Part shown: positions 1 to 9,520 of the stretch, in pieces
How positions within the stretch are numbered: position 1 is the stretch's first letter
How the letters are laid out: every line of letters begins with the position of its first letter
Assembly (NCBI GenBank): GCA_041737125.1
Contig: JBGSSJ010000012.1
Span: forward strand, 2,637 to 66,636
Direction of reading: 5' to 3'
DNA: 64,000 nucleotides
DNA from: Minisyncoccia bacterium
GTDB lineage: Bacteria > Patescibacteriota > Minisyncoccia > Phycocordibacterales > UBA9973
Translations under genes and position numbers: made by a program
Notes under the pieces: generated by a model
Seen by the model: the letters and a program-made list of their open reading frames with translations, nothing else
Databases searched by the model: none
What the model was told of the DNA's origin: nothing

Positions 1-1224
1 GAAGGACGCGTTTGCATACTCGATGTCGCGAGGGCTATCTAAGTTCTTGATCAAACCTGAAGTCTCGTTCGGTAAGTCTATACCTGTCTTCTCGCCTATA
101 CCGTATGCTTTCATGTATTTGCGCATATCATCGTGGCCAAGCTTCTCTTCGACGAACACCATACCTGTGTTTAGTGACTGGTCGAGCACTGTCTGCATGG
201 ATGCAAGTCCGCGTGCTTTCATGTCGAAGTTATTTATCTCTTTCTTATTCACTATCACAACTCCTTTATCCATATATGTCGTCTCGGGAGTAACTACACC
301 TTTATCTAGAGCTGCAGCCATCACTAGTGGCTTGATAACTGATCCGAACTCAAACACACTCTCAACGATTGGATTCTTAAAATACTCGACACTATCTACT
401 TCGCGGAAATTATTCAAATCAAAGTCAGGCAAGCCTGCTATGGCATATATCTCCCCCGTATTCGGGTCTATAATCACACCACCTGCTTGATCGGCATCCC
501 ATTTATCAAGTGCATTTTTAAGCTCTCCTTCGAGTGTGTGCTGAGTTGAAGGCTCGATAGTAGTTATGATGTCACCTTGGCTCTTCTCTCCTGTGACAGT
601 GTCACTAATGTCAGAGAAGACTTCTGCAAAAAAGTTCACATATATCTCATCTTTAGGTTTGGATAATGTATCGTTGTAAAAGCGTTCGAGTCCATACTGA
701 CCAACTCTGTCATCTTCCTTGAAAGCAAGGAACCCTAGAGTCTGAGAAGCTAAGTTATTCCCAGGATAGAAGCGCCAGTTGTCCTTGTAAATAGACACGG
801 CAGGAATCTTCAGGCTACTTATGGCATCTGCTTGTTCTTTCGATAAATGGACTTGTATTTCTTCGTATGGATCATTCACTTTACTAGCACGTGCAATGAA
901 TGTGTCATAATCCATCTCTATGTATGGGTCGAGTGCTTTATAAAGCTCTTCTTTATCTGTCACATTTTTAGGATTTATAGCGACTTTGAATCCAGATGAC
1001 ATGGTGCCAGCTGCTACGAGCGAATTATCCTTCTTTGTGAAGAATATAGAACCTCTGTCGAATATGTTACCTGCAGGGGTCGCATATAGCTTATCTGCAC
1101 GCGCTTCATATTTGCTTGCATCGATAACTTGCACGTAGAAAAGCTTGAGTACAAGTACACAAGAAAAAACAAAGACGATTACTGAAATGGCCTTTATTCG
1201 AGATTGGAACAATGATGCTTTCAT
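1..1224 (-). CDS. ftsI: Class B penicillin-binding protein (FtsI-like transpeptidase), N-terminal ~408 aa; C-terminus lies beyond the window start
   Basis: Minus-strand frame is open from 1224 to the window edge; it is absent from the ORF track because it is truncated. My translation begins MKASLFQSRIKAISVIVF (N-terminal TM anchor) and contains a PBP dimerisation-like region and the SxxK active-site motif (GSVIKP). Its ATG overlaps the ftsL stop (TAATG). Position follows mraZ-rsmH-ftsL. Confidence 0.7.
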   Translation of the reverse strand, partial: MKASLFQSRIKAISVIVFVFSCVLVLKLFYVQVIDASKYEARADKLYATPAGNIFDRGSIFFTKKDNSLVAAGTMSSGFKVAINPKNVTDKEELYKALDPYIEMDYDTFIARASKVNDPYEEIQVHLSKEQADAISSLKIPAVSIYKDNWRFYPGNNLASQTLGFLAFKEDDRVGQYGLERFYNDTLSKPKDEIYVNFFAEVFSDISDTVTGEKSQGDIITTIEPSTQHTLEGELKNALDKWDADQAGGVIIDPNTGEIYAIAGLPDFDLNNFREVDSVEYFKNPIVESVFEFGSVIKPLVMAAALDKGVVTPETTYMDKGVVIVNKKEINNFDMKARGLASMQTVLDQSLNTGMVFVEEKLGHDDMRKYMKAYGIGEKTGIDLPNETSGLIKNLDSPRDIEYANASF

Positions 1225-1541
1225 TATCTTATAGCAACTTCTGTACTTGCGCGTGTAGCAAAGATGCTATTCTTCGCATCGACAAAGCCAAGCTCTGTAG
1301 CATAAGTCCTGTCTATCTTATTTGTACTTGCAAGATAAGTAAGCTCAAGTGTACCCACTTTATTAGTTAGATCTTTGGAAGTAGCCTCTAGTGATTTACG
1401 AGCAAGAACATTGAAAGTAATAGAACCAATAAGATAAACATAAGTTACAGAGAGGACTATAAGAGCGCTTATAAGTATACGAAGTATCATCTTCTGTGTG
1501 TATCTATCATTTACCATTTCTATTGTTTTTGTTTTGCTCAT
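1224..1541 (-). CDS. ftsL: Cell division protein FtsL-like (small bitopic membrane protein)
   Basis: 105 aa with a single N-terminal TM (ILRILISALIVLSVTYVYLIG) followed by a coiled-coil-like region. Located between rsmH and a class-B PBP as in the canonical division cluster. Confidence 0.6.
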   Translation of the reverse strand: MSKTKTIEMVNDRYTQKMILRILISALIVLSVTYVYLIGSITFNVLARKSLEATSKDLTNKVGTLELTYLASTNKIDRTYATELGFVDAKNSIFATRASTEVAIR

Positions 1542-1553
1542 ATTATTTTGTTA

Positions 1554-2447
1554 TTATATTTTTTCTATTATTCTTAATTTGGCTGAACGTGATCTTTTAT
1601 TTAAATTTATCTCTTCATCTGTAGGTATTATTGGCTTCTTGGTTATAATGTTTGCATATCCCTTTTGCTTTAATTCTACGAATGCCCTCTTCACTATTCG
1701 GTCCTCAAGGCTATGGAAAGTAATGATTGCTATTCTTCCGCCGATTGATAACTTATCAAAACCTTTCTCTATGACCTTCTCTAGATTAGTCAGTTCGCTA
1801 TTCGTGGCTATGCGGAGTGCTTGGAATGTGCGTGTGCTTGGATGAATTTTCAGTCCTCTGTATGATCTGCCGACAGCTTTATCTATAATTGCTACTAGGT
1901 CGAAAGTAGTCTCTATACTTTTCTCGCGTCTTGCTTCGACTATCGCTTTAGCTATTCTTCGAGAATACTTCTCTTCACCGAAGCCATAGATGATGTCTGC
2001 GAGTGTCTCTTCTCCCCAAGTGTTCACTATGTCACGGGCTGTCAAGTCTTCCTCTGTAGGATTTTTCTTCATGGTCATGAGCAATGGCTCGTCCCTCATG
2101 AATGAGAATCCACGACCGGCAATATCGAGCTCGAAAGATGATACACCAAGATCAAGCAGTATGCGGTCCACATGAGGCATATTGAGCTCAGCCAAGACTT
2201 TATCAATATCTTGGAAGCCAATAGTTCGGTAGACTACATCGTGGTCAACTTCACCTATCTGTGCTTTCGCGCGTGCGATAGCATCAGAGTCGAGGTCGAG
2301 TCCGATGATCTTCACACCGGAACCAAATCTACGAATGATTTCTGATGTATGTCCTCCACCGCCTAGTGTGCCGTCTACAATGATATCTCCGGACTTTATA
2401 GCGAGTCCATCGATTGTCTCATCTTTGAGTACGGGAATATGTGTCAT
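1554..2447 (-). CDS. rsmH: 16S rRNA (cytosine1402-N4)-methyltransferase RsmH (MraW)
   Basis: 297 aa; N-terminus MTHIPVLKDE and the SAM-binding motif DGTLGGGGHT are typical of RsmH; immediately downstream of mraZ. Confidence 0.9.
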   Translation of the reverse strand: MTHIPVLKDETIDGLAIKSGDIIVDGTLGGGGHTSEIIRRFGSGVKIIGLDLDSDAIARAKAQIGEVDHDVVYRTIGFQDIDKVLAELNMPHVDRILLDLGVSSFELDIAGRGFSFMRDEPLLMTMKKNPTEEDLTARDIVNTWGEETLADIIYGFGEEKYSRRIAKAIVEARREKSIETTFDLVAIIDKAVGRSYRGLKIHPSTRTFQALRIATNSELTNLEKVIEKGFDKLSIGGRIAIITFHSLEDRIVKRAFVELKQKGYANIITKKPIIPTDEEINLNKRSRSAKLRIIEKI

Positions 2448-2448
2448 A

Positions 2449-2883
2449 TTAAAGAACTCCTATCTGCCCTAATTTATCTGCGAGGGCGTCGGCTTGTCCA
2501 TCTACAATCTTCTTGTAATCATTCCAAGACTTTTCGTTCCAGATTTCTGCGCGATTCTGTACTCCGATAACTATCACCTTACTGGTAAGTCCTGAACGAT
2601 TCTTTAAATTATCCGGGATTAATATTCGGCCTTGAGAGTCCACATCAATCTGGACTGCCTGACCAAAGATAAATCTCGAAAAACTTCTATTATCGCTCGC
2701 TATCATCGAACCATCAGATAATTTACTTGCTATCTTCTCCCACTCTTTTGTAGTGAAAATGGAAAGACAATTATCAAGCCCTGGTGCTACAACAACACTC
2801 TTCCCCATTTCCTTTCGGAACTTTACTGGAAGTGACATTCTGTTTTTATCATCTAGTGTGTGAGTGTATTCTCCGATGAGCAT
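2449..2883 (-). CDS. mraZ: Transcriptional regulator MraZ
   Basis: Track ORF is 2449..2931, but the canonical MraZ N-terminus (MLIGEYTHTLDDKNRMSLPVKFR, DxxxR motif) begins at an internal Met at ~2883. The upstream 16 codons overlap the operator repeats and are probably not translated. Confidence 0.8.
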   Translation of the reverse strand: MLIGEYTHTLDDKNRMSLPVKFRKEMGKSVVVAPGLDNCLSIFTTKEWEKIASKLSDGSMIASDNRSFSRFIFGQAVQIDVDSQGRILIPDNLKNRSGLTSKVIVIGVQNRAEIWNEKSWNDYKKIVDGQADALADKLGQIGVL

Positions 2884-2926
2884 AATAATGAAGTGAAATA
2901 AGGTTATTTTTGTAAAATCTAGTTTT

Positions 2927-2992
2927 ACCACTTTATCCCACTTGGTTTAATTATAAACCACTTTGCCCCACAATACAACAAAAAATACCCAC
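2927..2992 (-). promoter_or_regulatory. Putative MraZ operator: five phased GTGG(G/T) boxes (plus-strand CCCAC/ACCAC at 2927, 2937, 2957, 2967, 2988) flanking a TATAAT-like -10 element (minus strand, 2950..2955)
   Basis: Minus-strand reading gives TTGTGGGTA...TTGTGGGGCAAAGTGGTTTATAATTAAACCAAGTGGGATAAAGTGGTAAAA. Box spacing of 10/20/21 bp keeps helical phase. MraZ is known to bind direct TGGGN / AAAGTGG repeats upstream of its own gene. Confidence 0.5.
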
Positions 2993-3240
2993 AAAACTGT
3001 GGATAACAATTAGAGGTAAATTTGACTTATATTGGAATTGTAGTATTATACTTTTTAGTTAGTTCTTTTGAAGGTTGGGTATACCAGTGGGGTTAAATAT
3101 AATTAACTCTACTTATAGATTTGACTAATCTTGTATTCTATAGAGTCAAGCTATATTAGGTAGGCCGAGGGCCAGCCCATACAAAGGAGCAGAGCCGTCC
3201 GGTATTTATACTGGATGGCTTTTTTTATTCATAAAATATT

Positions 3241-4749
3241 TTATTCTTTTGGTCTCATTATTGGGAAGAAGATTACATCCCTTAGATTTTTCTGTTCTGT
3301 GAATATTGCCACTAGTCTATCTATACCCATACCGAATCCTGTCATAGGAGGCATGCCATGCTCCATAGCTGTAAGAAAAGTCTCACTCACATCCATCGCT
3401 TCCGCATCACCTCCTTCTTTTGCTTTCGCTTGCGATACTAGTAGCTCGCGTTGTACTGTAGGGTCTACCAACTCTGCGTACTGATTCGTGATTTCCGCAC
3501 CGGCGATAATAAGCTGGCAAACTTTTGCAGTATTATTGGCATTCTGTTGAGCGAGTGGCTTCAAATCTCCTGGGAAGTCTGTGACGAATGTAGGATTGAT
3601 AATCTTCTTCCTTGAAGACTTCTTGTAAATCTTGTCGAGCAAGTTCCCTCTGCCTAATCTTTTCACTTCATCCTCATTTACTCCCCACTTGAGAGCTTGT
3701 GCTTGTGCATCTTCTAAGGTAATAGTTTCTATATCTATATCTGCATCACGTTTTAATAATTCACCGAAAGTTATGCGTGGCCACTCTCCACTTAAATCTA
3801 CATCAGTAATATTACCTTCATTATCATAAACCTTGAAAGTCGTCTTACCCATTACATCACTTGCTATGGACTTGATAAGTTCTTCTGTCCAAGCCATATT
3901 CGTATCTAGGCTCTGGTAAGCAGCATACCACTCAATCATAGTGAATTCTTGCAAGTGAGTAGGGTCAGATCCTTCATTCCTGAAATTCTTCCCTATCTCA
4001 TAGACGCGCTCATAACCTCCTACCATAAGCATCTTGTGCTCAAGCTCAAGTGCAATACGGAGAACCATATCCATATCATAATCATTGTGGTGAGTATTGA
4101 AAGTCTCTGCCATGGCACCACCTGCTTGGTTCTGTAGTATTGGTGTCTCTATTTCTAGGAAGTTCTTATTATCAAAAAAGGCTCTGATGAATTTAATAAT
4201 CTGGGAACGGATGATAAACCGATTATAAACTTCCGGGTCCATAAGTATATCTAAGTACCTCTTCCTGTAAGTCTCTTCTGTGTCTTGTAGTCCGTGCCAT
4301 TTATCTGGAAGTGGGAGGAGGGCTTTCGTAGCCATCTGCCACTCTTTGATCAGAATGCTCTGTTCCCCTCTTTGGGTAACAAAGAGTGAGCCAGTTACAG
4401 AAATGAAATCACCATTATCTATAGTATCTACGAATAGATTAAATACACTCTCTTCTAGTGTATCCCTCTTCAGTACAGCTTGGAGTTTGGCATCGCCGTC
4501 TTGTAGCACTACGAAAAGTATGGCTCCTTGTCCACGCACAATCATAACTCTACCTACTATGGAAATACTCTTCTCTTCTGAAAGAGGTGCTAACTTGTCA
4601 AAGGAACTTTTCACTTCCGCTATAGAGTAATCACGCGCAACCGACGCCGGGTATGGATCCATACCTGCTTCTTTTAATTTGTTTATTTTAACTATTCGAG
4701 CTTGTCTTAATTCTTCTATTGAGGCCATAGGTCTATTGTATATCAACAA
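3241..4749 (-). CDS. lysS: Lysyl-tRNA synthetase (class II)
   Basis: 502 aa; N-terminal OB-fold anticodon-binding region plus class II motifs (FRNEG, GGAMAETF..., GMGIDRLV). Confidence 0.9.
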   Translation of the reverse strand: MLIYNRPMASIEELRQARIVKINKLKEAGMDPYPASVARDYSIAEVKSSFDKLAPLSEEKSISIVGRVMIVRGQGAILFVVLQDGDAKLQAVLKRDTLEESVFNLFVDTIDNGDFISVTGSLFVTQRGEQSILIKEWQMATKALLPLPDKWHGLQDTEETYRKRYLDILMDPEVYNRFIIRSQIIKFIRAFFDNKNFLEIETPILQNQAGGAMAETFNTHHNDYDMDMVLRIALELEHKMLMVGGYERVYEIGKNFRNEGSDPTHLQEFTMIEWYAAYQSLDTNMAWTEELIKSIASDVMGKTTFKVYDNEGNITDVDLSGEWPRITFGELLKRDADIDIETITLEDAQAQALKWGVNEDEVKRLGRGNLLDKIYKKSSRKKIINPTFVTDFPGDLKPLAQQNANNTAKVCQLIIAGAEITNQYAELVDPTVQRELLVSQAKAKEGGDAEAMDVSETFLTAMEHGMPPMTGFGMGIDRLVAIFTEQKNLRDVIFFPIMRPKE

Positions 4750-5200
4750 TAGTGTATTTGGCTAGTCCCTTTGGAGTGTTGATAGAGACTACATCCTTTT
4801 TAGCTTTGCCGAAGAGTGCTTCACCGAGTGGTGACTTGTTGGATATTTTATTCTTGGACATGTCAGCTTCCTCTGCACCTACGATGCTGTAAGTCACTGT
4901 GTCTTTCGCACCTTCTTTCTTCACTACTACTGTAGTGCCTATTTCTACTTTATCACTGTGGTGCTTCTTCACGACGACAGCTGACTGAATCATATACTCA
5001 ATCTGATTTATGCGGTCCTCTGTTTTACCTTGATCCTCACGAGCTTGGTGGTATTCGGCATTCTCGGACAAATCACCCAAGGCTTTCGCTGCCTCTAAAG
5101 ATTCTAATATTTCTTTGCGCTTTACTGTTTTTAAATTGTTTAATTCTTCAATTAAAGCCTTCTTTTTTTCCTCTGTTATATAATGTATTTCATCCATCAC
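4733..5200 (-). CDS. greA: Transcription elongation factor GreA
   Basis: 155 aa; N-terminal coiled coil with the conserved acidic tip (LGDLSENAEY) and a C-terminal FKBP-like domain; overlaps the lysS start by 17 nt. Confidence 0.85.
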   Translation of the reverse strand: MMDEIHYITEEKKKALIEELNNLKTVKRKEILESLEAAKALGDLSENAEYHQAREDQGKTEDRINQIEYMIQSAVVVKKHHSDKVEIGTTVVVKKEGAKDTVTYSIVGAEEADMSKNKISNKSPLGEALFGKAKKDVVSINTPKGLAKYTIVDIQ

Positions 5201-5363
5201 GTATGAAGTAGTCTTTCGTAGACAGACGTACTTAATTAAAATAATAAATCAAAATATGGATCATGATGTGCCCTAATTCAAACCATCAAATAGAACATGT
5301 ATGACTTCATACGTGATCCATAATCGTCGTAGTATATAGGTTTTTGAATGATAAGTAAAGGGC

Positions 5364-7061
5364 TTACTTCAAATATTCTGGCGCATAGACGCTCATATAG
5401 TCTATGACTTCGCTCATAACTCGAGTCGCATTACCGGAAGCACTCTTTGGTCCGCGCTCAAGCAACACTGCAAATGAATAGCGTGGGTTTTCATATGGGA
5501 AATAACCAACAATCCATGAGTTCGTATTCGTATTGCCCAAGCCCACCTGTGCCGTACCAGACTTCGCAGCAACTTCGACAGAAGAGAGATTAAGCGCCAT
5601 ACCAGTACCCTCGGTCACAACTTTGCGCATACCACTCTTTATAATTTTCAACTTCTCTAAATCAAGCTCTATTACATCTTTCTTGTCTCTGAAGTTCGGA
5701 TCATCGTGTAAGACATGTGGTGTATACATCACACCATCATTGGCAATACCTGCGACAGCTTTCGCCATCTGTATAGGTGTGACTTGGAAGCCGTACTGAC
5801 CGATGGAAGTGTTGTAAGTGTCACCCACGCGCCATATATCACCTTTGAAAGTTTTCTCTTTCCACTCCGGTGTAGGTATGACTCCACCCTTCTCACCTGA
5901 GAGATCTACTCCAGTCTTCTCTGCAATTTTAAATAAACTTATGTACTCATCAATTTTCGCAATTCCTAGACCCTTCTGATCTTGGTATCCACCTCCAATC
6001 TGATAGAAATATATATCAGAAGATACAGCAATAGCTCTCTCCATATCTACATAACCGAATACTCCGTGATCTTTAAAAATAGACTTCTTGTCTGGAAAAT
6101 AAGGGTTAGGTATAGACATAGTACCATTGGAAAGAATCTGCTTAAAAGGACTAATAATCTCTTCTTTCAACGCTCCATATGCAACGAAAGGTTTAACAAT
6201 AGAGCCAGGACTGTATAGGCCTGCGATTGATCTATTCAAAAATACTTTCCTTTTATCAGAGAAGTAGCCACTGATTGTTTTCTTATCTTTACCTGCTGAT
6301 AATATTGTAGAGTTGTACTCAGGATAACTTGTAAGAGTCAGTAATTCTCCTGTCTTTATATCCATAATCACTCCGGCTCCACCAGAGAAATTTACACTTG
6401 TCGCCATGTTTGCAATAGACTCATACATTTTATTCTGTATCCGAGAGTCTATAGCAAGCTTTAGATTATCACCTGCTTTCGGTGGTGTAACTATGTTCTC
6501 AGAATGAATTTTACCTGCAACATCCATCTCAGTTATGCGGACGCCATTCTCTCCTATTATTTTATCATTATAGACCTTCTCTACACCGTCCTTACCGATG
6601 AAATCTTGTTGCCAATAATTGCCCGATGAATCTTTCGCAGGAATACTGACATAACCCAAAAGTGAACTGAAGCCACCCATGGTTGTATAAGTTCTACTTG
6701 GTGAAGAGAATTTATTTAGATCATTTACATCCCAAGTGTTCCATGCGAGAACCACATCATTCCTGTCATAAATAAGACCTCTGTCAGCAAAGATTGGCTG
6801 CTTAGATAGAGTATTGTTTTCACTTTTTTTATAAAGTTCCTCACCCTTGGCGATTTGCAGATTACCAAGCTGGAATAAGAATATAATAGTAACAGAGAAG
6901 AAGAATATTCCGAGCGATATAATAGATCGCTTTGGTATGGCTTTCTCTAGACGTCCTTCGAATTGTTGAGTATTAAAGTTCGGTAAATTCTTCGAGTCGA
7001 GAAATATCTCGTCTGGATCAATGCCTCCTATTATTTTTCTTCTTCTTTTAAAGTTGATCAT
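5364..7061 (-). CDS. mrdA: Class B penicillin-binding protein (PBP2/MrdA-like transpeptidase)
   Basis: 565 aa; N-terminal TM; transpeptidase motifs SxxK (SIVKP), SxN-like and KSGT; second class-B PBP in the window. Confidence 0.75.
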   Translation of the reverse strand: MINFKRRRKIIGGIDPDEIFLDSKNLPNFNTQQFEGRLEKAIPKRSIISLGIFFFSVTIIFLFQLGNLQIAKGEELYKKSENNTLSKQPIFADRGLIYDRNDVVLAWNTWDVNDLNKFSSPSRTYTTMGGFSSLLGYVSIPAKDSSGNYWQQDFIGKDGVEKVYNDKIIGENGVRITEMDVAGKIHSENIVTPPKAGDNLKLAIDSRIQNKMYESIANMATSVNFSGGAGVIMDIKTGELLTLTSYPEYNSTILSAGKDKKTISGYFSDKRKVFLNRSIAGLYSPGSIVKPFVAYGALKEEIISPFKQILSNGTMSIPNPYFPDKKSIFKDHGVFGYVDMERAIAVSSDIYFYQIGGGYQDQKGLGIAKIDEYISLFKIAEKTGVDLSGEKGGVIPTPEWKEKTFKGDIWRVGDTYNTSIGQYGFQVTPIQMAKAVAGIANDGVMYTPHVLHDDPNFRDKKDVIELDLEKLKIIKSGMRKVVTEGTGMALNLSSVEVAAKSGTAQVGLGNTNTNSWIVGYFPYENPRYSFAVLLERGPKSASGNATRVMSEVIDYMSVYAPEYLK

Positions 7062-7338
7062 TGTTGTATAAAATAATATTTTTCTTTAATGCTTCTACTA
7101 TTATGTAAGCGAAGCTAATAATAACCGACATCCACAGTGGTGATGCAAGCACTCGCACGCCATCCACACCATAGAGTCCATAAATCATAATATTTATTAT
7201 TATAAATTCGTAGAAATCATGAAATAAGAATAGACCGATGAAAGACAAAGGAATACTAATCCACCAAGGTAGTATAAATACAGAAATTAATAACAAGACA
7301 TCATATAATACCCTTTTCATGGAAGCATTATACTTCAA
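7048..7338 (-). CDS. Small polytopic membrane protein, possibly MreD-like (inferred from position immediately upstream of the PBP2 gene)
   Basis: 96 aa with three hydrophobic helices and no recognisable motif; the assignment rests on gene order only. Confidence 0.25.
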   Translation of the reverse strand: MKYNASMKRVLYDVLLLISVFILPWWISIPLSFIGLFLFHDFYEFIIINIMIYGLYGVDGVRVLASPLWMSVIISFAYIIVEALKKNIILYNNDQL

Positions 7339-7362
7339 AATATCTCAAATTGACAAATTATA

Positions 7363-8190
7363 TTATCTGTTTCTTATTTTGTTGTAGATTGAACGTAATA
7401 TCCAGAATATAATCAGAATAATTAGTCCATAGAAAACTATTTTTGACCCTAATATAAAGCCAAGTATAATAAGGAAGAATAATTTTACATTCGCTATAGG
7501 GCCTTCTGTATTCTCAGACACCGTACTTGCTTTTCCAGCAGCAATATTACTATCATATCTCTCTCGTGCAATTTTTTGCTTTTCTTTGGCTGCTTCTTTG
7601 TCTGCTTGTATTCTTGTATTATTCTCAACTCGGAAAGTTTCAATTACATTAAAATTTTCTGATACTTTCTCTGATACAGAAGCAGGCACTATCTTGTCTA
7701 TATCACCCACAGCTTGCTCTACTTGATTCTTGATTATATCTTTACTGGAAACGGGTACTCCATCAATAACTTTCACAGCAACAGGAACGAAAACATTATC
7801 TTTATCTGTCTCACTTACACTAAGGGAAATATTCTGTTTCAAATTTGCTGTACCTACAGTAGAAGTAATAATTTTCGCAGAAATAGAGTGGTCACCAGAA
7901 GTGACGACCCAAGGGATAGATACTTCTTTTAGAGAATTCTTCAGGGCTACAACTTCACGCACACCAAGCACTGTAGTCTTGTCATAGAATTCTACTTTTA
8001 CATTTAGATCTTTAGTTCCTCCATTCCATACTGCTGTATATATCTTAATAATATCTTTCTCTTTCAAGGGCTCACTTGAATACCATATAGAGCCAGGTAT
8101 TAGACCAGTAGTGACAACTGAAGTCTCCGCATAGGAGAAAGTAGGATTTAAAAATAATAGAGAAATAAGGATAATTAGATATTTACGCAT
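7363..8190 (-). CDS. Hypothetical secreted protein with C-terminal membrane anchor
   Basis: 275 aa; signal peptide (MRKYLIILISLLFLNPTFSYA), beta-rich middle, Lys/Glu-rich linker and C-terminal TM (LFFLIILGFILGSKIVFYGLIILIIFWIL). Confidence 0.4.
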   Translation of the reverse strand: MRKYLIILISLLFLNPTFSYAETSVVTTGLIPGSIWYSSEPLKEKDIIKIYTAVWNGGTKDLNVKVEFYDKTTVLGVREVVALKNSLKEVSIPWVVTSGDHSISAKIITSTVGTANLKQNISLSVSETDKDNVFVPVAVKVIDGVPVSSKDIIKNQVEQAVGDIDKIVPASVSEKVSENFNVIETFRVENNTRIQADKEAAKEKQKIARERYDSNIAAGKASTVSENTEGPIANVKLFFLIILGFILGSKIVFYGLIILIIFWILRSIYNKIRNR

Positions 8191-8193
8191 ATA

Positions 8194-9519
8194 TTATATT
8201 GTATCATCTTTTAAGATTTTATCACCCACCTTATACGCTTCGCCTGCTCCCATAGTCACAATTATATCTTTATTATTCATCTGTGGCAGAAATAATTCTA
8301 AATATTTATCTGTGCCTTCGAAATCATAGAATGCGTGAGCATTTGTTCCCTCTTTGTTTATACGCTCTACTAGAATATGTGAGGATATAGTGCCGTCATC
8401 TTCTTCGCGGGCGTGGTATATCGGTAATACAATTACAGCGTCAGCTTCCTTGAAGCTTGTAGCGAAGTCGGCTAGTAACAACTTAGTACGACTGAATAAA
8501 TGCGGCTGGAATATTACAGTTATAGCGTAGCCTTGCTCTTTCGGATAGAATTCGCGGAATCCTTGCAGTGTTGCCCTTATCTCTTTCGGATGGTGAGCAT
8601 AATCATCGTAAACCATTGCACCTGAACGAAGGGTGCCTTTGTGGTCGAAGCGGCGCCAAGTACCAGAGAATTCCATTAAAGATTTATCTATTTCTATACC
8701 TGGAACATCTAGTATTGAGCCCACAGCAGAAGCACAAGCTGCATTCTTCTTATTATGAAGACCTGGGATTTTCAATTTAAAATCAGGATTAAAAAAATCT
8801 TGATAATTTATAACTTTCGCATTTATACCTGTAACTACATCTTTTATATTCTTGTCATCTATATTACATACGACATATCCATCGCTTGGGACTTTCATCG
8901 CAAGAGTACGGAATGCACTTTTGATATCTTCTATATCTTTATAGTAATCCAAATGATCTTCGTCTACATTTGTTATGACCAAGATATTCGGATTTATATT
9001 TAGGAATGATCTTCTGTATTCACAAGATTCAACAACGAATAAATTACTATTCCCTTTCACAAAGTTAGTTCCATTCTTAAGCAAGCTACCTACCACCACT
9101 GTCGGGTCCTTACCTGCATCGTGTAATATGCCCGCTATCATACCGGTAGTTGTCGTCTTCCCGTGGGTTCCCGCTACTGCGACAGTGTATTTGTCTTTAC
9201 TGACTACTCCAAGCATTTCGGGATATGTAAGCACTGGCACACAGAGAGACTTTGCGTATTCTACGAGCTCAGGCCCAAGTGTCGTCCAAGCGATACTATA
9301 GACCACAAGCTCAGTGCCATCTGGTATAACAGAATCATCTTTACCAATCTTTGTATCTATCCCGATAGTGCGTAGTGAGGCTACCATGTCGAATTCCTCA
9401 AGATCATTCCCTGTGACAATCTTCCCCTCACCTATCATCATCCTCGCAATCGCTGAAATACCGATACCTCCGATACCGATAAAGTGGATATTTTTAATTT
9501 TAGTTAAATCTGGGTTCAT
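8194..9519 (-). CDS. murC: UDP-N-acetylmuramate--L-alanine ligase
   Basis: 441 aa; N-terminal HFIGIGGIGISAIA Rossmann motif typical of MurC and the Mur ligase P-loop GTHGKTTTTGMIAGIL. Confidence 0.85.
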   Translation of the reverse strand: MNPDLTKIKNIHFIGIGGIGISAIARMMIGEGKIVTGNDLEEFDMVASLRTIGIDTKIGKDDSVIPDGTELVVYSIAWTTLGPELVEYAKSLCVPVLTYPEMLGVVSKDKYTVAVAGTHGKTTTTGMIAGILHDAGKDPTVVVGSLLKNGTNFVKGNSNLFVVESCEYRRSFLNINPNILVITNVDEDHLDYYKDIEDIKSAFRTLAMKVPSDGYVVCNIDDKNIKDVVTGINAKVINYQDFFNPDFKLKIPGLHNKKNAACASAVGSILDVPGIEIDKSLMEFSGTWRRFDHKGTLRSGAMVYDDYAHHPKEIRATLQGFREFYPKEQGYAITVIFQPHLFSRTKLLLADFATSFKEADAVIVLPIYHAREEDDGTISSHILVERINKEGTNAHAFYDFEGTDKYLELFLPQMNNKDIIVTMGAGEAYKVGDKILKDDTI

Positions 9520-9520
9520 G

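Noticed and set aside
23-490. Plus-strand ORFs 23..490 and 105..293 from the track
   Set aside because: Antisense to the much longer, motif-bearing minus-strand PBP frame (1..1224), with no homology signal of their own.
1498-1845. Plus-strand 115-aa ORF overlapping rsmH and ftsL
   Set aside because: Antisense to two well-supported minus-strand genes; hydrophobic low-complexity translation typical of AT-rich antisense frames.
2884-2931. N-terminal 16-codon extension of the mraZ track ORF (MVKLDFTKITLFHFII)
   Set aside because: The canonical MraZ N-terminus starts at the internal Met; the extension overlaps the operator repeats and a promoter-like element.
3003-3011. Perfect DnaA box TGTGGATAA (TTATCCACA), raising the possibility of oriC
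   Set aside because: Single box, no cluster or AT-rich unwinding element, no dnaA or dnaN nearby, and it lies within the MraZ-box region; insufficient for an origin call.
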